DNA of 64,000 bases from the human T2T-CHM13v2.0 reference genome, Homo sapiens, in the NCBI GenBank assembly GCA_009914755.4, contig CP068257.2:20288001-20352000 (forward strand), in the 5' to 3' direction. A program made the translations under genes and the position numbers. This document shows, piece by piece, positions 54,916-64,000 of this stretch (position 1 is its first letter; every line of letters starts with the position of its first letter). The notes beneath the pieces are model-generated. The model saw only the letters and a program-made list of their open reading frames with translations. It searched no databases and was not told where the DNA came from.

Positions 54916-55305
54916 CTGTATTAGTCCATTCTTACATTGCTGCAAAGAACTACCTGAGACTGGGTAATTTATAAAGAAAAAGGGTTTAATTGATTCACTG
55001 TTCCTCAGGCTGTACAGGTGGCATGGCTGGGGACACCTCAGGAAACTTAACAATCATGATGGGAGATGAAGGGTATCCAAGCAAGCCTTCACATGGTGGC
55101 AGGAGAGAGAGAGCATTGGGGGAAGTGCTACAAACTTTTAAACAAAAACAACCAGATCTAGTGAGAACTCACTATCATGAGGGCAGCAAGGGGAAAATCT
55201 GCCCCCGTGATCCAATAGCTTCCCAACAGGCTCTTTCTCCAACACTGAAGATCATAAGACAACGGGAGACTTGGGTAGGGACACAGAGCCAAATCATATC
55301 AGATG
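54916..55305 (-). mobile_element. ERVL-MaLR solo LTR (MST/THE1-like), minus orientation
   Basis: Reverse complement of MaLR LTR: 'tgtattagtccattcttacattgctgcaaagaactacctgagactgggtaatttataaagaaaaagggtttaattgattcactgttcctcaggctgtacaggtggcatggctggggacacctcaggaaacttaacaatcatgatgggagatgaagg...catggtggcaggagagagagagcattgggggaagtgctacaaacttttaaacaaaaacaaccagatctagtgagaactcactatcatgagggcagcaaggggaaaatctgcccccgtgatccaatagcttcccaacaggctc...gacttgggtagggacacagagccaaatcatatcagat'. Confidence 0.8.
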
Positions 55306-55470
55306 CCTAGAAGAATAAAGAGAAGAAATATAATCCATAGAGCTACACCACTAACATTTGTATCATACTTACACATCTTCTCCCCAGTATTGTTTTCCAA
55401 TATGCTTCAGCCTTCAACTCTTTAAATGTCATAAAATGTTTGCTAGGGAGCCTCTGTTGTCCAACACATG

Positions 55471-55821
55471 CGTATTAGTTCATTTTCACACTGCTGATAA
55501 AGACATACCCAAGACTGGGAGAAAAAGAGGTTCAATTGGACTTAAAGTTCCACTTGGCTGGAGAGGCCTCAGAATCATGGTGGGAGGCAAAAGGTACTTC
55601 TGATATGGTGGCGGCAAGAGAATATGAGGAAGAAGCAAAAGTGGAAACCCCTGATAAACCCATCAGATCTCATGAGACTTACTCACTATCAGGAGAATAG
55701 CACGGGAAAGCCCTTGTGATTCAATTACCTCCCACTGGGTCCCTCTCACAATGCACGGGAATTCTGGGAGATATAACTCAAGTTGAGATTTGGGTGAGGA
55801 CACAGCCAAACCATATCAACA
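55471..55821 (-). mobile_element. ERVL-MaLR solo LTR (THE1-like), minus orientation, ~165 bp downstream of the previous one
   Basis: 'cgtattagttcattttcacactgctgataaagacatacccaagactgggagaaaaagaggttcaattggacttaaagttccacttggctggagaggcctcagaatcatggtgggaggcaaaaggtacttctgatatggtggcggcaagagaa...aacccatcagatctcatgagacttactcactatcaggagaatagcacgggaaagcccttgtgattcaattacctcccactgggtccctctcacaatgcacgggaattctgggagatataactcaagttgagatttgggtgaggacacagccaaaccatatcaac' is the rc of the THE1-type LTR. Confidence 0.8.
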
Positions 55822-57334
55822 TGGTAATTACTTCTTTGTTCTTTAAATGTCTGTCAATGCTCTTTTAAGGAGTAGTTAAAGGGATTAGGTGGGGGAAGAG
55901 AAAAGAATGTTTATGAATGCTTTAACATGATTTATCAATATGAAATGGTAACAAACCGTGCAATTCTGCTAGGCTATTATGACATTTTATTTCAATTTCA
56001 TGCAAGTTAGAAAAAAGTTATATTACCATTATAAAAATGGTGACCACTCATATTCTGAGAAAATTAATTAACTAAACATTAATGCCAAGTTTAAATTGCA
56101 ATGTCTAACTTCTCTATATACATACTTCCATGAGAAGTAGGAGTTTGCAACATTATCAGTACATAAAAGAGTGCTTGTGTTTAATATTACTTGGGACTTC
56201 TCATTGATTAAACACTTCCCTACACACTTGATGAAGAACATAGGGAATCTCTATTACTTAGGTGTCTTTCATTTGTCCTGTTCTAGAAGCTTATTCCTAC
56301 TAGGGAGATTAGCTTTGCATGGTTGGGTTCACTTTCATAGTGGGAACCATAAATCCATCAAAACATATAAAAGAGACTGATGGCCTCCTAATTAAAGCAT
56401 GAATTTATGATAGAGAGACTCTTCTCAGGGCAATTCTTTATGGAGCAACAGAGTAAGCAATGCTTATATGTTAAAATCTATGAAGAGGTTGCAACATTTA
56501 TTTTAAAGGCATAAAATGAAGATATAAGGAACACATATGTAGTTACTATATTAACTCTATAGCAAACTGGTAGTAAGACATGAAATTTAGCACAAAAAGT
56601 GGGCCATTTAAACAACTACTCAGAATGGCTTTGTATTAAAAAGTTGGTGCAAAAGTGATCCAAAATGATAAATGGAGGAGTGTTCTTAGTGATAGAACAC
56701 AGATGTTGACTTAGAGGTGAAGTGTCTTGATCAAAGAAGCTCTATTTTGAATAACAAAATACTTATTTGTTTTAAACAGAGATGAGTTAGGGAATCCATG
56801 GCAATATTTTAACTTCTTGCTTTACCATTAATTTCATCGTATATATTCTCAAAAAGACTCTTTCCTGAAATATAATATAATAATCAACAAAATAATAATA
56901 ATAAATGGAAAGTAAGAAAACTAAGTCTTGTGAAATTATAAGTTAATTGTAACATAATTTAACCAAGATTAAGTACCATGTCATAGATGTGGGGTTAACT
57001 GAAACTGCAGTGTGTGATGTGTTAATACAGCTCTAGAAAAAAAGGGAAAAAATCCACAGATACAGGTTTCTTTAAAAAATTTGATTTATACTCCTTCAAT
57101 TTATTGATAATGCCTATAATCAAACCTCTCTATAGCCCCCTGCCAAAAATAAAAATTTTAAAAAAGAGGAAAAAAGTATAGTTAAAATCAGCATCAAAGA
57201 AAATTATTCAACTTACCATTATTAAATATTTAGAAAAGAATATTCTAGAACCCTAACCATTTCCCAGTTCCAAAGCCACTTTCACATTTTTTTGGCATTT
57301 GTTACTTCAGCAAGCCTACTTCTGAGTACCAATT

Positions 57335-57715
57335 TTTGTCTTAGTCCACTCAGCTTGCTAAAGCAAAATACCATAGACTAGTTGGCTTATAAATAAAAGA
57401 AATTTATTTTTCTCAGTTCTAGAGCCTGGAAAGTCCAAAATTATGGTCTGGCAAATTTTATATCTGATGAGGCCTGTTTCCCAGCTCAAAAAGAACCATC
57501 TTTTACTCAGAAGGTACAAAGGATACAAAGGACACAAGGCTCCCAAAGGAGCTTCCTGGGGCCTCTTATATAAGGGCACTAATCTCATTCACGAGAGCCC
57601 TGCCATCATGACCTAATCAACTCCAGAAGTCACCGCTTCCAAATACCATCACCTCGGGGATCAGATTTCAACATATGAATTTTGGGAGGGGGACATAAAC
57701 ATTCATACTATAGGA
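57335..57715 (-). mobile_element. ERVL-MaLR solo LTR (MLT1-like), minus orientation
   Basis: rc of MLT1 LTR: 'ttgtcttagtccactcagcttgctaaagcaaaataccatagactagttggcttataaataaaagaaatttatttttctcagttctagagcctggaaagtccaaaattatggtctggcaaattttatatctgatgaggcctgtttcccagctcaaaaagaaccatcttttactcag...ctcttatataagggcactaatctcattcacgagagccctgccatcatgacctaatcaactccagaagtcaccgcttccaaataccatcacctcggggatcagatttcaacatatgaattttgggagggggacataaacattcatactatag'. Confidence 0.8.
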
Positions 57716-57970
57716 AGCATTGAAATGCAATTTCCCTAAAATATGGATTTCCTGAAATTATTAGAATGCACAAGAATGTGTACAACTGAAATCATTGTAA
57801 GGGAATTTTTCAGCCTATTTTCAGATATTCTGGTATGTTATTCTTTTATTTACAATGTTCTTTCTATTATACAATATTCCTATTTGTTACTAAAGTACTA
57901 TATAATTTGAAAAAAGTATTCAAACATGCATGCACATTTTAGTGTTCTCTATTTGTAATGTTCTCTATTA

Positions 57971-58270
57971 TTTTTTACTTATTTATTTATTTATCTATTG
58001 ACACAGGGTCTCACTCTGTCACACAGGCTGGAAGTGCAGTGGTGCGATCTCAGCCCACCGCAACCTCTGCCTCCCGGTCTCAAGCGACCCTCCCATCTCA
58101 GCCTCCTGAGTAGTGGGATCATAGGTACACACCACCGTGCTTTGCTATATTTTGTAGAGATGAGGTTTCACCATGTTGCCCAGGCTGGTCTTGAACTCCT
58201 GGACTCAAGCAATCTGGTGCCTTGCCTCCCAAAGTACTGGGATTACAAGTGTGAGCCACCAAATCTAGAC
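57971..58270 (-). mobile_element. Alu SINE (old, AluJ-like), minus orientation
   Basis: T/A-rich tail 'ttttttacttatttatttatttatctatt', then 'gacacagggtctcactctgtcacacaggctggaagtgcagtggtgcgatctcagcccaccgcaacctctgcctcccggtctcaagcgaccctcccatctcagcctcctgagtagtgggatcataggtacacaccaccgtgctttgctatattttgtagagatgaggtttcaccatgttgcccaggctggtcttgaactcctggactcaagcaatctggtgccttgcctcccaaagtactgggattacaagtgtgagccaccaaatctagac'. Confidence 0.9.
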
Positions 58271-60060
58271 TGTTTTCTGTTTATTTTGAAGAAATCTGCA
58301 TTGACTGCCTTTTTAAATGATACATTTTGAATGTTATTGACTAACTCTATAGAAGTTGCTCATATAGTAAGGACTTTAAAGTAAGTATCAAATTATTTGG
58401 CAAAAGAATATAGTAGCATGATTAAAGTGGAAAACAATGTGGTCCCATATAAATTCAAAAAAATAGTAAAAAAGTGAATTTATACAGGAACATAAAACAT
58501 ATTTTCTTATTTTCTGTTTTTCATTATTTTTTGCTATCAGGTAAAAATAAACCAGGTTGCTTATTTTCATTTTTCATTAAGTAAAACATAAGTTAATTAA
58601 CGAATCGCAAAAAACTCAATCAGTGTCAGTGTTGAATAAATATAAGTAACGTGAAATTCAATTGAAAGTAGCCTGATTTCCAGATACCAATTTAAGTTAG
58701 TTATCTATTTATTTATTTTTCTGATGTGTGATAATTTATAGAGTCTTCTGTTAATTAAAGAGCGTAATACCACATATGAAAATTTTTTGTACACTTTATT
58801 GTGCTCTAACCTATAACGACATATTTTTGAAGCTAGTTGCATATTGCATGTCTAAGAAAGGCCATGTAAAGTCCAATGAGAGAGTACTAATTATTTGAGA
58901 GAGATGCATATATTCAAAATGCCTTAAAAATGAAGGTGCATTTGTTAAGTTCAATTCATATTTTTTTAAAGACTCGAAATTGTGTGTATATTAAAGCAGG
59001 CCAATTAAATCCATTAGTGACAAAATCACTGATTACTGTTAGGTCAGAAAAGTAGAGCTTGTTGCAACGTGAAATATTACAGTTATGTTATAGAGCTAGA
59101 TAAGTGAATCCTTAGTATATCTTTTTATTTCTAAAATTGAACTCTTAAATATTCTGTGCTTAATCATACTAACAGTTCTTGTAATAAATCACATTTAGTG
59201 CAATTGGTTCACGTTTGTTTTGAATGTGTTGTTAGTATTACCTAGCATTGAGTGTGTTTGCGTGTCTGTGGTCTGTACGTGTATGTATGTTGGGGAGGAT
59301 TGGACCCCTCTCCAGAGAAGAAAATTATCATAATTCTTGATTGAAAATACATTCTCCTCAGTCTATGCATAATCTGCTTTTTTGTTAGTCATTTTAGTAA
59401 CATAATAAGAACCTATAGAATCACCACCTGCTCCCCCACCCGCCATCACACATAGACAGACACACACAAGCTAAGGCATTGGGGCCTTGGGAATGGAGTG
59501 GAAAGGATGGATATTCCCATTCCGTCCATTTCATTCCTTGCTTCCTCACTTTACTCCATCTTTCATAAAACTATTATCTAAAAGGCAACGCTAATAATTA
59601 TCTTTACTTTGTTTTTTTGAAAATATAATTTATAGCATTAACATATATAGTTAAGTACATTTTTCTTATTGAAATTATTTTAGCTTTCTAAACAATAGAT
59701 GATTTTATACACACGTTATGATGAAATTTAAACATTATTTTGCTATAATTTATTTATCTTAAGTAACATATAATGTAGTATGGCAGGAATATAACACACT
59801 TTAAACATACTACAGTTTAAACATCTACAGTCCTCTTATGAGTATCTGTGTTTTTTTCACTGTTTAGCAATTCTGAACATTTCTCTCTTAAGCGTTCTTA
59901 TAACTGTTTCTTATGAATGAGAACCAATTTCCTTTGGAGATATATTTAAGATTTCTTTAGAGACATGCTGAATCTCTTGTTTTATGTGAATTTCCTATTT
60001 TATAAGTTAGTGCCAATTTGTTTCTATAATCAATGTGTAAAATAGGTGGATACATGATAG

Positions 60061-60145
60061 AAAGATAGATTAGATATAGATAGATAGATAATAGAGAGAC
60101 AGAGAGATAGACAGATAGATGATAGATAGATAAAATAGAGTGACC
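60061..60145. repeat. Imperfect (GATA)n/(GACA)n tetranucleotide microsatellite
   Basis: 'tagatatagatagatagataatagagagacagagagatagacagatagatgatagatagataaaatagag' seen directly. Confidence 0.85.
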
Positions 60146-60515
60146 ATATCATTTATTGCCTAAACTGATATAGTTTTGTGAGTGAAAAGGGCTCTGTTAT
60201 TAAATGTTTTAGCAAAACAACTACAAACTTGAAATTTTCTAAAATCGAACAAAGTAACAACAATCAAAAAACCCACAACAAAACAAACAAACAACAAAAC
60301 TGGGTCTGTGGCTAAGTTGATTTTGGAATTGCCTTTACCACATTTAGTTAATGCACTTGAATATAAACTTTCATAGTATGTAAATGTTTTCTAAATTGGA
60401 GAATGACGATAATTCAAATTTCATTGGAGGAAATTGAGATTAAATTATATAAAAGAACACTAAATCATTTATTCATTTATTCATTCAATATCATTTGATA
60501 GAAATTAAGCACTAG

Positions 60516-60832
<317 letters not shown>

Positions 60833-61920
60833 CATTTTTTAACTCGTTCATTCTTGCAATTATTTTCTTTAAAAGAAGATTCCAAAACAGTGTTTTTAAT
60901 ATACGAAAAATATGAAATATAAATGAAAAATTTTATGCTTATTCATAGCTATTGGTAGATCTCAGGATAATCAAAGGAAGAAAATTTTCAATTCTTTTTA
61001 ATCATTTCTAAATTCGTATTGGGTTAAATTCTTATCTGAATTGAAACGTTAATGTCATTTTTAATAAGGCTGTTCATGTAGTTATCTTTTGTACTTTCTT
61101 CTAGAGATCATAAAGAACTCTTAGCTTTTAATTCTTAGTGTTGGATTTTCAGAACCATGTCCTTGGGGGAAAGACATTTGTATTAATCTACAGCCTCTGT
61201 CACAAGTAATTTAATGGCGATGTCAGTGTACTTCCAGTTATTCTTAGCCAAATAACTACAACAAAAAAAATCACACTATGAACTGTACAGGAAAGGCAAT
61301 AAAATTATTAGTTAGGACTACAAAGAGAAAAATATAGCACTTCATAATTTTTACAAATGTGAGTATATGCTTTTGTATGTAAGGTCTTAAAAGTCTATGG
61401 AAAGAAAAATAGGTAGGCTGCTAGTTGCAAGGCTAGTGTGAATTCCACAATGCTATATTTTCTTCAAATGCCCTTGTTCTATTAACCTGGTTTAGTCCAC
61501 GTCTATCTCTGTCTATCATAGAGACATATCTTTATAACTTTTATAATTGTCAAAATAACAGGCAATATATGAAGTATTTAAATCTAAAAAAGCAAATTGG
61601 TCAAGCTCTGAGTCCAAATCCTACCTTTGCCACTTTCAAACAATGTGAGTTGAGCTAGTCACATGAACTCTCTATGACTCAGTTTCTGTGTATTACTATG
61701 ATATCAAAGGTGATTATAATAATTCCTACCTCACATGGTTTGGGAGTATAGCATAAATTATTTTATGTAAATACACTAGTGTAATAGTAAATTTGGCTAT
61801 ATATGAATAACCGGTAAATAGTATTCATAATGTGTTAAATTTTATTTTAAGCATATTCAATGATTTATTTAATATTCACAGTTGCACAGGCATTTATGAG
61901 GAATAAATAAGGTAAGTAGG

Positions 61921-62222
61921 TCAGGTGCGGTGGCTCATGCCTGTAATCCCAGCACTTTGGGAGGCCAAGGCCAGTAGATCATGAGGTCAGGAGTTCGAGA
62001 CCAGCTTACCAACATGGTGAAAACCCATCTCTACTAAAAATACAAAAATTAGCTGGGCGTAGTGGCGTGTGCCTGCAATCCTAGCTACTCAGGGGGCTGA
62101 GGCAGGAGAATTGCTTGAACCTGGGAGGTGAAAGTTGCAGTGAGCCAAGATGGCGCCACTGTACTCCAGCCTGGGCAACAGAGGGAGACTCTGTCTCAAA
62201 AAAAAAAAAAGAAAGAAAAAAG
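61921..62222 (+). mobile_element. Alu SINE (AluS/Y-like), full length, with perfect 10-bp TSD
   Basis: 'gtcaggtgcggtggctcatgcctgtaatcccagcactttgggaggccaaggccagtagatcatgaggtcaggagttcgagaccagcttaccaacatggtgaaaacccatctctactaaaaatacaaaaattagctgggcgtagtggcgtgtgcctgcaatcctagctactcagggggctgaggcaggagaattgcttgaacctgggaggtgaaagttgcagtgagccaagatggcgccactgtactccagcctgggcaacagagggagactctgtctcaaaaaaaaaaaaagaaagaaaaaagaa'. Direct repeats 'aaggtaagta' at 61910-61919 and 62223-62232. Confidence 0.93.
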
Positions 62223-62543
62223 AAGGTAAGTAACGTTTGTAAGATCACACAACTGGGTAGATCTGAGTTTCAAACAGGGAGTTGGCCTTAAAGGTCAGTA
62301 CTTTTAAACATTGCTCTACACAGAACTATAGTTAAATAAGTTCTGATGCCAGTTTCCACATCTTTCTCATTAAAGTAATAATGGTAATATTAAATAAGTA
62401 ACTTTGTACTCTTTAGCTAAGTTGGTTTATATCATAGCTATGACTTGGCTTGGGGCCCCATTTGCTCTCAACTGTCATCAAGTATTTCCAGTCTCCACAG
62501 TATGGTAATTATTCTTTAGAACTATGGTGATAAGTCTTCCTCA

Positions 62544-63545
62544 GAGCTTCTGCACGGCAAAGGAAGCTATCATCAGAGTGAACAGGCAACCTACAGTATG
62601 GGAGAAAGTTTTTACAATCGATCCATTTCACAAAGGGCTAATATCCAGAATCTACAAAGAACCTAAACAAATTTACAAGGAAAACAACAAACAACCCCAT
62701 CAAAAAGTGGGCAAAGGATATGACCAGACACTTCTCAAAAGAAGACATTTATGCAGCCAACAGACATATGAAAAAATGCTTATCATCACTGGTTGTTAGA
62801 GAAATGCAAATCAAAACCACCATGAGATACCGTCTCATGCCAGTTAGAATGGCAATCATTAAAAAGTCAGGAAACAACAGATACTAGAGAGGATGTGGAG
62901 AAATAGGAACACTTTTACACTGTTGGTGGGACTGTAAACTAGTTCAACCATTGTGGAAGTCAGTGTGGCGATTCCTCAGGAATCTAGAACTAGAAATACC
63001 ATTTGACCCAGCAATCCCATTACCCAAAGGATTATAAAGCATTCCACTATAAAGACACATGCACATGTATGTATATTGTGGCACTATTCACAACAGCAAA
63101 GACTTGGAAACAACCCAAATGTTCATCAATAATAGACTGGATAAAGAAAATATGGCACATATACTGCATGCAATACTATGCAGCCATAAAAAAGGATGAG
63201 TTCATGTCCTTTGCAGGGACATGGATGAAGCTGGAAACCATCATTCTCAGCAAACTATCGCAAGAACAGAAAACCAAACACAGCGTGTTCTCACTCATAA
63301 GTGGAAGTGGAACAATGAGAACACATGGACATAGGGAGGGGAACGTCACACACCAGGGCCTGTTTGGGGGTGGGGTTGTAGGGGAGGAATAACATAAGGA
63401 GAAATACCCAATGTAGGTGACAGGTTGATGGGTGCAGCGAACCATCATGGCACATGTATACCTATGTAACAAATCTGCACGTTCTGCACATGTACCCCAG
63501 AACTTAAAGTATAATAAGTAAATAAATAAATAAAATAAAATAATG
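62544..63545 (+). mobile_element. L1 (L1PA-type) 5'-truncated 3' fragment (~1 kb): ORF2 C-terminal region + 3' UTR
   Basis: 'agagcttctgcacggcaaaggaagctatcatcagagtgaacaggcaacctacagtatgggagaaagtttttacaatc...gggctaatatccagaatctacaaagaacctaaacaaatttacaag...' matches the L1 ORF2 C-terminal region. + strand ORFs 62524-62799 and 63003-63392 translate to L1 ORF2 C-terminal sequence ('NRQPT.WEK.F...[15 protein letters not shown]', 'KTWKQPKC.S.IDWIKK.WHIY.M.YYAAIKKDEFMSFAGTWMKLETIILSKLSQEQKTKH.VFSLI.G'). Ends with L1 3' UTR '...gttgatgggtgcagcgaaccatcatggcacatgtatacctatgtaacaaatctgcacgttctgcacatgtaccccagaacttaaagtataataagtaaataaataaataaaataaaataa'. Confidence 0.92.
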
Positions 63546-63649
63546 TAAACATGTTTTGTAAAGCAGAAATATTTCCTGAAATCTGGTTGCCATTTTTATA
63601 GTGTTATGCAAATTCCTGTTTACTTTTTAATTTGTTTTACATTTTTTAC

Positions 63650-64000
63650 ACATTAAAAAATTATTGATACATAATAATTGTACATTTTCATGGGGTTCAT
63701 GTGATGTTTTGATATGTGCAATGTGTGATGACTAAATTAGGGTATTTTGTACATCCATCCCATCAAAAATTTATTTCTTTGTGTTGGAAACATTTGAAAT
63801 CTTCTAGCTATTTTGAAATATACAATTCATTTTTGTTCTCTATAGTCACTCTGCTGTGTTACTAAACACAGAACATGTTCCTTCTAGCTAACTATATGTT
63901 TGTACTCATTAACCAAACTGTTTTCATCCCTCTCAACCAAACTTCCCAGCCTCTAGTAACTATCATTCTACTCTATATACCTCCATGAGATCAACTTTTT
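63650..64000 (-). mobile_element. Older L1 (L1PB/L1MA-like) 3' end, minus orientation, continuing beyond the window edge
   Basis: 'ttattgatacataataattgtacattttcatggggttcatgtgatgttttgatatgtgcaatgtgtgatgactaaattagggtattttgtacatccatcccatcaaaaatttatttctttgtgttggaaacatttgaaatcttctagctattttgaaatatacaattcatttttgttctctatagtcactctgctgtgttactaaacacagaacatgttccttctagctaactatatgtttgtactcattaaccaa...ctccatgagatcaactttt' is the same rc-L1 3' end seen at 39345-39760. Confidence 0.85.

Noticed and set aside
56625-56650. 'aaagttggtgcaaaagtgatccaaaatg' resembling the mariner/MADE1 ITR ('ttaggttggtgcaaaagtaattgcgg')
   Set aside because: Only about 18 bp of similarity, with no matching second ITR and no mariner-like body. 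Too short to call.
59480-59540. Imperfect palindrome / (GGAAT)-like motif 'gggaatggagtggaaaggatggatattcccattccgtccatttcattcc'
   Set aside because: Only about 7-8 bp stems pair cleanly and the motif is not reiterated, so it is too weak to call a satellite III fragment or a structured element.
62524-63392. ORFs 62524-62799 (+) and 63003-63392 (+) with clear similarity to L1 ORF2 C-terminus
   Set aside because: They are fragments of a 5'-truncated, frameshifted L1 3' end and are not an intact ORF2 or a host gene. ORFs 40413-40607 (-) and 40586-40795 (-) are likewise L1 ORF2 remnants of the 39318-41435 element. ORF 63176-63472 (-) is the antisense of the same L1.

Overview
This window is primate genomic DNA, human or very close to human, and not a prokaryotic locus. 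It is AT-rich, CpG-depleted, and densely populated with the standard primate interspersed repeats.

Repeat content I can support from the sequence:
- At least 13 Alu SINEs, several of them AluY-like with intact target-site duplications (TSDs).
- Young L1PA-type 3' fragments at about 26941-27350 and 62544-63545.
- Older L1 fragments at about 2300-3400, 14775-15895, 39318-41435 and from 63650 to the window end.
- Several ERVL-MaLR solo LTRs of THE1/MST/MLT1 type.
- Tigger/pogo-type DNA-transposon MITEs.
- Numerous microsatellites and short tandem arrays.

I find no convincing protein-coding exon, CpG island or structural-RNA gene. The most likely setting is a large intron or a gene-poor intergenic region. 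Essentially every ORF of 100 codons or more in the supplied six-frame track falls inside an Alu, L1, LTR or microsatellite and is a repeat artefact.

I do not see a novel biological system here. The items worth a second look are structural:
- a 5'-truncated young L1 nested in an Alu tail with a perfect 14-bp TSD;
- an Alu carrying an internal 144-bp tandem duplication and a truncated 3' end;
- several young Alus with perfect TSDs, which are candidate insertion polymorphisms;
- a 70-nt pure-pyrimidine (H-DNA-type) tract;
- long (TA)n tracts;
- a small imperfect tandem array, period about 35-47 bp;
- two closely spaced MaLR LTRs in the same orientation;
- one ORF (9446-9739, minus strand) that is not obviously repeat-derived.

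All coordinates were placed by eye and are approximate to within about 10 bp.
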